From Tubulanus polymorphus (Eukaryota > Animalia > Nemertea): DNA of 64,000 nucleotides. The notes below the pieces were generated by a model that did no database searches, was not told where the DNA came from, and was given only the letters and a program-made list of their open reading frames with translations. Position 1 is the first letter of the stretch; every line of letters begins with the position of its first letter. The stretch is from the NCBI RefSeq assembly GCF_964204645.1, contig NC_134026.1, positions 14,232,150 to 14,296,149 of the forward strand, read 5' to 3'. The position numbers and the translations under genes were made by a program. Below, piece after piece: positions 26,882 through 38,160 of this stretch.

Positions 26882-27598
26882 TTACTGATCTAAATATAAC
26901 TGAAAATCTAGTTTGTCATGTTTAATCATATTTTCTATCTTTTCGAGTGGTCTTAGATTCTTCCAATTCCAAATTAACTTTTCATTACAATCATCATCCA
27001 AATTAAATTTAGATATTGGTAACACGTGATCAATATGAAAGTATTCACCATAATTATCTATTTTTATTTTATCATCAAATTGATAAACAATCCAGGATTT
27101 TAGAAATTCATCTGAACAGTCTAGCAAATTATATAGTGTTTCTGAGAGTTTCTCTTTGCTGAATAATTTTGATACTTTAGATCTTAAACAATTTTTCAAT
27201 TTGTAATTAAAATATGTTTTATATCTTTCATTTTGATAATTATTTTGATACGCTTTATAATATTCTCTATTATCATCCCTCCATTCTCTCATATATTCTG
27301 TCATATAGTCTGGATGATTTTCTCTCCATTGTTTATTATTAGCTTTGCATTTTTCTAGATTATTTGTTCGATATTGTTTACCCAATTCTTTACATTTTGC
27401 AGTGTTATTTGTTTGATATTGTTTATTATATAGTTTACGACAATTTTTGCAATAATAACTTTTACCATCTTTCTTATTTTTATCTTTATTAAATTCTGCT
27501 ACTGATTTATTTATTTTACACTTGGAACATTTCTTATAGTATATTTTTATAACCCCAGTATTATTGTTTATATTAATAGTTTGTGATTGTTCCTCCAT
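26882..27598 (-). CDS. Zinc-ribbon plus HNH endonuclease of the type common in large DNA viruses (stop at 26882 may be premature)
   Basis: KKCSKC...F.KD....DG...YCKNC, helical repeats, LDCS.EFLKSWI.YQF, DNYGEYFHIDHVLPIS.F, W.NLRPL...EN..K. Confidence 0.75.
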   Translation of the reverse strand: MEEQSQTININNNTGVIKIYYKKCSKCKINKSVAEFNKDKNKKDGKSYYCKNCRKLYNKQYQTNNTAKCKELGKQYRTNNLEKCKANNKQWRENHPDYMTEYMREWRDDNREYYKAYQNNYQNERYKTYFNYKLKNCLRSKVSKLFSKEKLSETLYNLLDCSDEFLKSWIVYQFDDKIKIDNYGEYFHIDHVLPISKFNLDDDCNEKLIWNWKNLRPLEKIENMIKHDKLDFQLYLDQ

Positions 27599-27681
27599 TG
27601 ATAATACATATTTTTATCAAAATTGATTAATATAATCTCATTCTCCTTTGTTTCTTCTCTTTTGAACTTTAAGTATTCATT

Positions 27682-27900
27682 TCATCTAAATTGGTTACTC
27701 AATGATTGATTACATGTATCACATTTGTTTATTTCTTTTTCATTCTTTAATTCTTCTAGTTTAGTTTCTAATATATCATCTTTATATTTTAACTTTAATT
27801 TATTCTCTAAATGTCTTTTAGTTCTATTATGTCTTGCTTTTTGAGATTTATCTATATTAATTTTACATGTTGAACAGTAGTACTTCTTATTTGCTTCCAT
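27682..27900 (-). pseudogene. Zinc-finger ORF fragment next to the right TIR, related to the pPolB N-terminus
   Basis: YYCSTCKINIDKSQKARHNRTKRH resembles the ORF start at 168 and 59104. Confidence 0.6.
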
Positions 27901-28629
27901 TTAAATATCAAATTTTTTATTAAAATTTATTTTAGAAGTTATTTTTATATATGTTATTCATTTATATGTTATTCATATATATGGAATTATTAGAGTAATT
28001 GGGAATGTGTTGGTTCAAGTCAAAGGTTGAGTCGAGCGTGCGAGAATTTATTTTTCTACTCTACCCCCACATTTTATGGGATCTCTGGCCACTTGGGCTG
28101 GTGTCTTTCGTCTCGGTGGCATAACAATGATCACCTGAAAAAAGGAAATCGTTCCAGTCAAGTTGTGAATTCACCGCTCAAGAGTCTTTGCTATGGAGAC
28201 CGAGACTCGTAGTAAGAAGGCCTTAAGTTTGATGGTTTCAATGATTTTACCTTCAAAACATGAGGTAGCCTACCATCATCACGGCGTAAATATAGCCTGT
28301 TATGATAATATCGATGAACAGGCTAGAGGGGGTAAACTTCAAGACTTTTGGACATCCTTCAACCAGTGTAAAATGGATAAAAAATCAGTGCCAATGACAC
28401 GGCTATGGTTACGGAGTACGTAAACGAGTGCAATAGCTGCGGTCATGGAGTAGGCGGTTGAAAGTTAATTTTTAAACGAGCCTCACTTAGCCTAACCCTA
28501 ACCCTATTCCTTCACGCATAAGCGTAGGTAGATAAGTGCTGGTCCTGACCTAAGGCTTTATCGGGTATGTACCAACAACCTTCACCAAGAACCTTAGTAT
28601 CTGATGTACCAGAGTAGAGTGGGTACACT

Positions 28630-29134
28630 TATGTTTATTTCAACTGACTTGAGAGCACATCAGGTGGCCTAGCTCACTCATTTGTGGTAGTAAATAACCT
28701 GATAAAGGTCTTATTAGGACCAGAAAGTACTGGCAGTGGACCTAAAACATCATTTTTTAATCCATTTGAAACTGTATTGAAGGATATCCAAAAAGTATGC
28801 ATTGAAAGGGGTTAAATAAAGAAATTTGACTCTGATTTGAAAGTTTGAAACTACATGTTTCCTTGCCTACACACCAAACTTCAGTTAGTAGTTTAGTATA
28901 TGGAAACATATTGTTAAACTTTTAAATCGTGGAGTTTCTTTTCTCTCATGAACCCCTTTCAATGCAGACTTTTTGGATATCCTTTAAAGCAGTTTAAAAT
29001 GGATTAAAAAACGATGTTTTAGGTCGGCTGCCATTGCTTTCTGGTCGTAGTGAGACTTAAATCAGGTATGTACCACTAAACCTGACTGAGCTAGGCCAAC
29101 AGGTATGCTCACAAGTCAGGTTGAAATAGACATT
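28630..29134. mobile_element. Fold-back MITE-like element with ~185-bp imperfect arms
   Basis: 28630-28813 is the reverse complement of 28951-29134 (e.g. GGATATCCAAAAAGT.TGCATTGAAAGGGGTT / AACCCCTTTCAATGCA.ACTTTTTGGATATCC). Confidence 0.8.
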
Positions 29135-30184
29135 AGGATCGTAGAGCAACGTATAGATCACTGTGGAAACAGCCAGACTACAGGACTGGGTGAACATCAA
29201 CCATGACCGTGCCAGGCCACCTGATGTGACCTCAAATCAAGTTGGGATAGACATTAGGCTATATTCAAACCCGCATGTCTATACAAATCAGAATACAGTG
29301 TGGATTGTTACTCATTGGCCTAGGCCTAGCCCTAGCTTGTTATCCGCGGCCCGGGACTTGGGCCTTTCAAATTACTTAATTTCAAATTCACATACTCACT
29401 TTCCTCGTCGTCGCCCGACAGAGCAAATTATCTAAACGTAGGCTTGCTGATTATGATACATGCCTACAAATCAGCAAAAAACGGAGGATAAACGATCAAA
29501 AACGAACTACGAATCATACGCAGGGCGCACTGCATACAATATGGAAGTCACCACAGACTTTACTAGTTCAAATTCAAAATTATTTTATTGATCCAAATGA
29601 AAACAATTAACAAACTGGATTACAATATAGTAAAGGTTTTGAAGAACAGATATTACAAACATGAACACAGGAGAAAAAAGTAATATTGATTATTATTGAT
29701 ACGGTATTCGTGTGAGAAAGAAATAGGTCACGTGATCGGCGTCAATAATAGGTCACGTTATTGGTGTCAGTTCTCGTTCGAGACTGTACATGGCACCTCC
29801 GCATATAGGTGCAATTTATAGTTTTGGGTTTAAAACCGGCATGTGAGATAAGTACTGGGATTAATGCGCCCTTTTTCAATAAACAATTCTAGCACTCAAT
29901 TTTTGGTACGCGTCATATGTAATGTTTAAGCTCAGTCAGTATTGATTTCTAAATTACATTTCCGCACAAGTGGTGACATGTTTATTTGTTATGATTGTAA
30001 TTGATACGGTTAGCTACATTGACCCAACCTGCCCGTAGAGACTTCCTTTTTCCCAAACTAGAACTTCCGATTATCTCGACGAAGTCTCAAGGTCTATGAA
30101 CCTCTTGTTTGTGACCACATGATCTGAGAGTAGTTCACTGACTGGAATTTCTGCGATGTACTCATGTTCGATCATTTAATGCAG

Positions 30185-30325
30185 ATATCAGAACTTCATA
30201 ATCTCGGAAAACAAATGGTTATGATCACGAGTGGAGCAGTGGCGTTTGGCAAACAGAAACTTAGACAAGAAATTATGATGTCGATGAGTATGAGGCAAAC
30301 AATAAACAGCAGAGAAAGCATGATG
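30185..30325 (+). CDS. ALDH18A1: P5CS coding exon (gamma-glutamyl kinase domain)
   Basis: CAG|[47 protein letters not shown]|GTAAG; 141 bp, phase 0. Confidence 0.93.
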
Positions 30326-30559
30326 GTAAGAAAAATGTAATGACTATCTTTTAGGTGAGTTTTGTATGTACAGAAAATAAAATAAATAAAAATTTAAAAA
30401 ATAAAATAATAAGAATACTAAAATCAATTGTAATTATCAAGAATCCGAAATGACTTATCTGGACAATTTGATTGCTCCACATAGATAGCCAAAGTAGTGA
30501 GATGTTTCATTAATTAAAGATAGAAATATTGTTTTTTTTGCTTTTTTCTAATATATAAA

Positions 30560-31100
30560 TCAAATTTCTATAGAGAATTTTCGGAATTTCAGAAGTTTTT
30601 TCATTTTTAACAGTAGTAGTTTCGGAATTATTAACATCATCAATTTTATTCAATTTTTATACCAACTACATCCTATCAAAAGGATTTCAATTACAAAGCC
30701 AGTTGAATAATAAAAATATTTATTGAACAATTTAGAAGGAGTAGAAATAAAATTACTTTCATCTTTATTATTTTAAAACTTTCATCATTTCTTTTTTCTT
30801 ATTTAGCTTTTTTAAATTCTTTTGATTTATTTCCTTATTGCCGAGACCATTCAATTTGTTTCTTGGTTCTCGGTTCTTTCTTCACAGTTAATACCTTCTC
30901 TTCTTCCACTTCGCGAATTTATTTCAGAAAAATTTTTTATATCAATGTATGAAAATGTTATATTTCCAGTTGGTCATAAATCCACATAATTGAAATGATA
31001 GATATCCAATCCATTTATTTAATTCAGTCATTACTAAATAATCATTTTTTAAATCGGAGTATAATTTATTTTCATTTTCGATTGGTAGCAAATCTTATCT
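30560..31100 (-). mobile_element. Polinton fragment in a P5CS intron
   Basis: Reverse-strand homolog of ~53080-53700 (KNDYLVMTELNKWIGYLSFQL, QIEWSRQ). Confidence 0.75.
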
Positions 31101-31558
31101 AATCTTATCTAATGTTTATAATTTGATCTGATTATGTTTTCTTAAATAGTCAGTACCTTTACGTATATCACATACATGAATAAAGTCATTAGAATTTATC
31201 TTTAAATATTCAGTATATTTTTCATCAATTCAAAGTCCATTTTATCAATTATTTCAAAATTATTATGTGATAATTTCTTTAATTTGAAAATAGGTTTTTC
31301 TAAGGTTGATAAAATTAAGTGTCTACCGGGACTAATATAGAACCTTTTTTTAACTTTTTAGTAATTTTTCCTATTGAAGACAATTCAAAATGAATATCAT
31401 TTAATACATTCAATTGTAGTGTTTTAATCAATAATTCTCCTAAATCAATATTAGTTTCAAATAAACCTTGGTCTGTTAAAATATAACTGAAATGAAGATC
31501 TGTTGAACATCTATACTTTGTTGAAAAACCCTTTGTTGAAACTGGTCTTTTTATTTAG

Positions 31559-31666
31559 AGAGGCTCAGGCATGGTTGACCCAAGAGCATGTGCAGCAAGT
31601 GGTATGTCTGGCTTAATGGCACTGTACGAACAATTGTTTGGACAATATGGCATTCAAGTAGCACAA
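31559..31666 (+). CDS. ALDH18A1: P5CS coding exon
   Basis: TTTAG|[36 protein letters not shown]|GTAAG; 108 bp, phase 0. Confidence 0.93.
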
Positions 31667-32572
31667 GTAAGGAAACTATCTTACTAAATAACTGATTCTA
31701 TGACTTTATAAATCACTCGAATGAGGTCACATTAGATACGCACTGTAGCTTTGCTGTATTTCCAACTAAACAGTTTGTTCTCATGTGAGTGGAGGAGGAG
31801 AAACAAATAATTAGACATAAGAACACACGTACTAATATATTATTTAGCAACAGTTTCCCTTCTGATGTTATTTCGATGTGAAAGTGACTAACAACCCAGA
31901 TAGTGATAGAAGCTGTAAAAGTATGATAGCTCGGAAATCTGCTTTAAAATTTTACCGTAGATATTTCTTTCCAAATACCTGTAAAAATGCACGTATTTTT
32001 CGAATTAGAAACATTAAACGCCAATAAATTAAATATGCCACAAATTAATGGCGTGTAGTTTCCGTTGAAGGGAGATGGACGATCAGTCACCAATGAACCA
32101 CAGAGTTTACGAGTAGGTTGCGTAATCTTAATTCAATTTCGAGATCGCAGTCGGATATGGAGCACTATCCCCCATAGTTTCATAAGCTGGTCTGCAATTA
32201 AGTGTTTTTTGATGTAGTTGACGAATTTGCAATTTTGTGCCGTAAATCTATAATTTTTCTCAGGACTAAAGGACCAAATATTTGTACTACTTTGATACAA
32301 AGAGAAAAAGTAGCACAAGCATCTGCGAATAACTTTTCTTACCATCATCAATCGTTCAAGATAAGTTGACGTTGCACAGCTAAAATATGAAATATAAATG
32401 CAAAACTTGTGTCAATTTGGCGAGGACACTGACACTGATTTTCAAGATTGCATAGACAAATGGATTACGCATAATCTAACCGGCCTACCCGTTCGCTCCA
32501 TTCCATCGAACGCGCGAAAGCGATACATTGTGGGCAATACATCATCAGGTGTTGATTCTACTTTTGTTTCAG

Positions 32573-32725
32573 ATACTGGTGACCAAACCTGATTTGGAAA
32601 ATGAAAATAACCGATCGAATTTACAGGGAACAATAAGAGAACTATTGCGATTAAATATTGTTCCGATAGTAAATGCCAACGACGCTGTTGCACCTCCACC
32701 TTGTGCCGATATCGACCTCCAAGGG
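32573..32725 (+). CDS. ALDH18A1: P5CS coding exon
   Basis: TTTCAG|[51 protein letters not shown]|GTAAGT; 153 bp, phase 0. Confidence 0.95.
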
Positions 32726-34539
32726 GTAAGTATCTCCTCAAAGATTTGTTCGAAACAATGCAGATAAAGAATCGATCAAGATTGTGAACAATTTGGTAGG
32801 AAGTCTGTTTCCAGCTGGAATACTTCTCCAGCTAGACATCTTCATTTCTGTGAAATAATTTACTTAGACTTAATTGACTTGAACTGCAAACTTGCAATCA
32901 ATCCTTTTATGGAAACAACCTAAATTGCAAGATAGTGTTGAGTTTCGAACCCGTTTAACTGATGAGCCTACATACATCTCGAATACCTCTCGCAATGCAT
33001 TTTCAGCGATAGTGGAGTTGGCATTGAACCAATTATTTAAAATCGTGGTACGTTTTTTGATGCGAGCATTTTTTCATGCGTACCCTGCTTAAACGACACA
33101 CGCACACGTACGGACGCACACACCACATGCGCACACACGCTCGCACAGTATACGCTTTCACAGTTTAGACTACTACATAATGATACGATAACGCTGCGTG
33201 CTAGTGCGTTCAAGTTGCGTTCAAATGAATTTTTTTTTAAACAATTTATTATTTTGTATCATGAATAATCATTTTAACAATTAAAGCAAAAGATGAGCAC
33301 TGTGTTTCCTGTTATGAACTGTAATTTCTTGTGACCTAATACTAAGCAGCAAACTATTTTTTGTTTGGCGTATGAGTATAGGTCAATAGTGGTAGAATCC
33401 AGGGTTTAAAAACGATCCACTTACAAACGCCTATTCCATGGTACCAGTACCTTCCGCGGTTCTATATTGGAAGAGGTTGCCAAGAATTTCAATAATCAGC
33501 TGCCCTCTATTTGGTGATATGGTATGCATTCTTATTCTATATATTTTTCATATTATGAAAGTAATTTTTTCAAAATATAAAACATTTTTCCTACCGTCAT
33601 CCCTATCAAAATTTGGGCATTGACACTAAACAGATGTACATTTTTGACCTCATAAAATAATTATTTGTAAATGAAATATGAAATAGAACTTTGAACTCAA
33701 GGATAAAAAGAGATTTCGTAAGTAATGATATTGCCAAACAAGCTCCAGCTTTCGAGGCAAACCACTTTGCATGTTGGCAATTCATCTTATTGTTTTGAGG
33801 AACCTTACAACCTCAAGACATACTAATTTATTCGTGTTTGATAACTACGCTCAATTAAATGACAGGCATTTTTACAATATCCCTACATATTTCATCAGCC
33901 AGAGCATTACCATCGTCTTCCTGGTTAGAAAGATAATTTAAAAAGGCCAACTTTTTACAAAATACGAAAGGCTTATCTTAATAAGGTACCATGACTTCGA
34001 AGAAGAGCGGGTTGAGATGAAATTTAACTTCTCGAATGCGTCTTGGATAGAACAGTAGATGGAGATGAATACTGATTTCTCGAATAGGTTTAATCGAATA
34101 GTAGGATATGAATCCTGTATTATCTGTACGATGTGCTATATTTCCGATGTGGCTCAGCAATTAACAAACAAAACACATTTTTCTGGGTATATAATTATCG
34201 GAATATTTCGCCAATATTCGCATTACCTCATGCGCCTGAATACGCGCTGATGTTAACAATCATCTCCACTCTCCCTGATTGCATTGTACATTAACATACC
34301 TTCAAGGACATTCGTTAGACAGGCATCCTCATGTGGTCGGCTTGGACCTAATGCACAAATTTGACGTCCGTTAAGTAACTACATTTGAAAATGAACTTCT
34401 CCTTCAATCACAAGATGCAGTCCAACGCGAGGGTCTAGATCTCTCGGGAGATTTTTCATTTCCGTCACCGACATTAGGTTCAGTTGGGACATCGCCTAGA
34501 GTTATCAGAAACATAACATCATATGATATACCTGCAATG

Positions 34540-34670
34540 AAGACAGCACTCAAAGAAAAATTGCCAACATTAAACGCTGAACAGAAACTTAACTACGATG
34601 CAGTTATGGGATCACTTAAGAATGATGATGGCAAACTATACTGCATCAATGCAAGTGGTGGAACCGGTAC
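34540..34670 (+). mobile_element. Short Helitron PIF1 helicase fragment
   Basis: LNAEQKLNYDAVM...KLYCINASGGTGT (lead-in and Walker A). Confidence 0.55.
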
Positions 34671-35109
34671 ACGTACGTACAGACAATACTAAGAATAAGA
34701 GACCTCGAAGTCTCATCATGACCTTTTAGGAAATCGATATTTTAGGTATCCGCGAACAAATCTATCGCGCGCGATCGTGACCTTCAACCAAACGTGGGCT
34801 GTAACAGCCTAAAATGTCGGAATTTTATCGTGATTTGTTTGCATTTCAAGCCGTTTCAATCAGTTTAAACAGTGTCTATTGTTCACGTGAGTACAGAAAT
34901 AATCTCGGAGGCCTAAATGATGTATGTGTGTGGTGCATGTCGACCAAAAAAATTGAAAAAAACGACTGAACTTGTTTCTATTTAGATTCCTAACTCGGTC
35001 TATTGCAATAATACCACGAATATGTCATGCCTTTTCATTCATGATAACCCATGAACCAAAATATTTGTATTACACATATACATTTCGGCCCAACTCCATC
35101 AATAGGCCC

Positions 35110-38100
35110 ATATTGAAGAAAGATATTTTGAAGGTTCTGGCTTGTCACTGAATGAAATTATATTTCTAGATTTAAATATTTATAATATACCAAGAAATAA
35201 AACATTAAAAAGAAATGAAATGTTTACAAATGATTCAAACTTTACAACAGAGAAGGATATTGAAGCATCGTCTTATATTAAACTACCATTTACAACAAAG
35301 TCAGTTATAAACGTTCGAAATGAAATAAAGAATGTTTTCTATGGTCGATTATAAGTTGCTTACACACAACTGAGGAAAATGTTTGTAGAGTAACAGAGTA
35401 CCGGAAGTATGAATCATTATATAAAATTGATCAATACCCAGTTACTATGAAAATAATACCTAAAGATACAATACCTAAGATATAAAAAGTTGATAATTTG
35501 AAAATGAATGTATCGAAATTAATGTAACTACCAGAGAAAAAAGGTGAAAATATTAAAGATTATACATTAGAAGCTTTATATCTAACAAAACATTATGATG
35601 TTGATATGTTATAGATTTATTATACTTTAAAAAGATGAACATTATATGTGGTTAAAACAAATAGATTTATTCTTTAGAACAGAAAGTTATTTTAACTACC
35701 ATCTTAAAATTTATCTTTGTAGAAAATGTTTATCTGAATTTAGAAATGAAAATGCATTACTAAAACATAAAGAATTGTGTAATATTAAAGATTTTTGAAA
35801 ATTAATAATGCCAACAGAAAAAGATTATAAATTGAAGTTAGTTTACTAAAAATTAATTTAAAAATATAGTTCCATTTGAAATATGGAGATTTTGAATCGT
35901 TGAATAAAGAATTAACTGTCCAAGATAGAAAGAAATATACAGTGAAAAACAATTATTTAAATCAATGGATAAAGGAAATGAACTAAATGAAGACTTAATA
36001 CAAGACCCACCAAGTATAAATACAATTTAAAGGGTTCAGCAAAGAGCTGAATTAGCAACAGATTTTACAAAATTATTAATTAAAAATAAAAATAAAAACA
36101 ATTATGACCAAAGAAGATGAAGTTGATTTAAGTAATGCAACTCATTGTTGTTACTGTGAACGTTTTTATTCAGATGATGATCATTTAAATTTAACATAAC
36201 GTGGAGCTGCTGATGAAGATTGTAACCTACAAGCTAAGAAAGTTAACTTCGTACCAATATTATTTCATTATATTTCAAGCTATGATACCCATTTATTTAT
36301 AATACAATTATTAGAAAAATTAGGTGTCATCAATCAAGACATAGAAAAATATAATGCTATACATGATGCAAGTGTAAAAAATAAGATTCTAGACTATTAG
36401 CTAAGACATCTGAAAATAAAATTTTATTTCAATTTGTTTGCTTTTGACTTTTAGATTGTTATAGATTTTTAGCAAGTTCATTAGATAGTTTAGCTTAAAG
36501 TTTAGTTGACAATGATTTTATAATAACGCTATTTATTATCCAAATGAACAAGACTTTTAATTATTAAGATATAAAGGCGCAATACCTTACTCATTTTATA
36601 AAACGCAGGATGATTTCAAAGAAACAAAATTATTGAATGAACAATTTTATGATCAATTTAAAAATAAGTAGGTGAAAGATGAAATGTTTAATTAAACGTT
36701 GAATACATGGAATCATTTCTATTTTAATCATGGCGAATTAGTTGACTTATATTTGAAATCAGATGTTATGATATTGGCTGATATATTTGAAAAGTTTAGA
36801 ATTAATTCAAATCATTTAAATGTTGATCCTTACAGTTATTCAAGTTTAACTTGGCAATGTGGTTTAAATATACCAATGTAGAATTAGATTTATTGAAAGA
36901 ACCGGACATGGTATTATTGTTTGAAAAATCTATAAGAGGTGGAATTTGTGGTGTCATGGGTGATAGGTATTTTAAAGCAAATGATGAATATAAATCATTA
37001 TATATTGACGCCAATAATTTGTTTGGTTGGGCAATGATGCAACCTCAACCATATAAAAATATAATATTAACAGAAGTTGAAGATGATGATAAAACTGATT
37101 GGGAAGTTGCAATTAAGAGCTTAAAAGATGATGTACCAATTGGTAATTTCTTTGTAGTTGATTTAGAATATCCTGATAACATAATGTTTTAAACAAGAAA
37201 CTTACCTCATTGCCCGGAACATTTAGTCGTAGATGATAGTTATCTATGTGAAAATCAGAAAAAAATAAAACCGAAAGATTATGTCTTTACTGAAAAATTA
37301 ATACTTACTCAAAATAATAAATCCAATTATATTGTTCATTATATAATGTTAAATATAATAATATTGTTCATTTTTTGGATGTTAAAAATATTTCAAACAA
37401 GGAAAGATATTACAAAAGGTACATAGATATATTGAATTTAATCAATCGAGATAGTTAGAAAAATATATACATTTCAATAGTTAACAGAGAACCATATCTA
37501 AGACAGATTTTAAAAAAGATTTTTTTTTAAGTTAATAAGCAATAGTTTTTATGGTAAAACAGTAAAAAATTGTGAGAAAAAGAAATGATATTGAACTAGA
37601 AAATAATTCTGAACGATTGAGGCACCTAAAATCAAGTACTAGACACTTAGGAAATAAAAGATTTGAAGATTATTTAACAACAGTAATATTAAAAGGAACA
37701 TCAATGAAATTTAATTAACCAATTTTGATAGGTTCAACTCTTTATCAAGTATCAAAATTATTAATGTATGATTCTTATCATAATGTTCTTTGCCACTTTC
37801 GTGGGTAGAAACATGTTGAAATATTATACTTCGATTCTGTAACAGCAACAAGGAATTTTTATGGATGATGGCTCAGCAGGTGTGTATAAATATGTAAGCC
37901 GTAATAGATATTGTTGGTATTTATGCAATCAAGATTTGAAATTATTAGAAACAATTGAAAAATACTGTGAAGAAGTTAATTCGCATACAGTTTTTAAAAT
38001 CATAGATTAATTATATAGCAATGATGATGATAAAATTCCTGGTTACTAGGAGGAGATGAACTAGGAGGTGATATCTGTTGAGATAAGAAGTAAAATGTAT

Positions 38101-38160
38101 AGAACTAAAGATCATGAAGCTAAATAGTTAAAAGGAATCACAACGCACGTGGTTGACAAG
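35110..38160 (+). pseudogene. pPolB, copy C, with endonuclease VII-like insert and intein remnant
   Basis: YGDFES, ATHCCYC...DH...RGAA...CNL (~36138-36230), YIDANNLFGWAM, NSFYGK, ILYFD, then C-terminal KIPG...DELGG...RSKMY...KGI. Confidence 0.88.
37836..38010 (+). mobile_element. Internally deleted remnant of the same intein
   Basis: ILYFD|SVTA joined to GIFMDDGSAGV...YCWYLCNQDLKLLE.IEKYCEEV.SH..FKIID. Confidence 0.85.

Larger units (their letters stand above)
16948..28072. mobile_element. Polinton copy B (hairpin-TIR subfamily), no polymerase; structural genes on +, integrase/ATPase/HNH on -
   Basis: 16948-17180 is repeated in inverted form at ~27905-28072 (right end eroded, no TSD found); gene homologies to copy D. 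Confidence 0.8.

Noticed and set aside
28065-28140. Minus-strand TTTTTCAG followed by MPPRRKTPAQV as a possible exon
   Set aside because: Too short, no recognisable family, runs into the Polinton end
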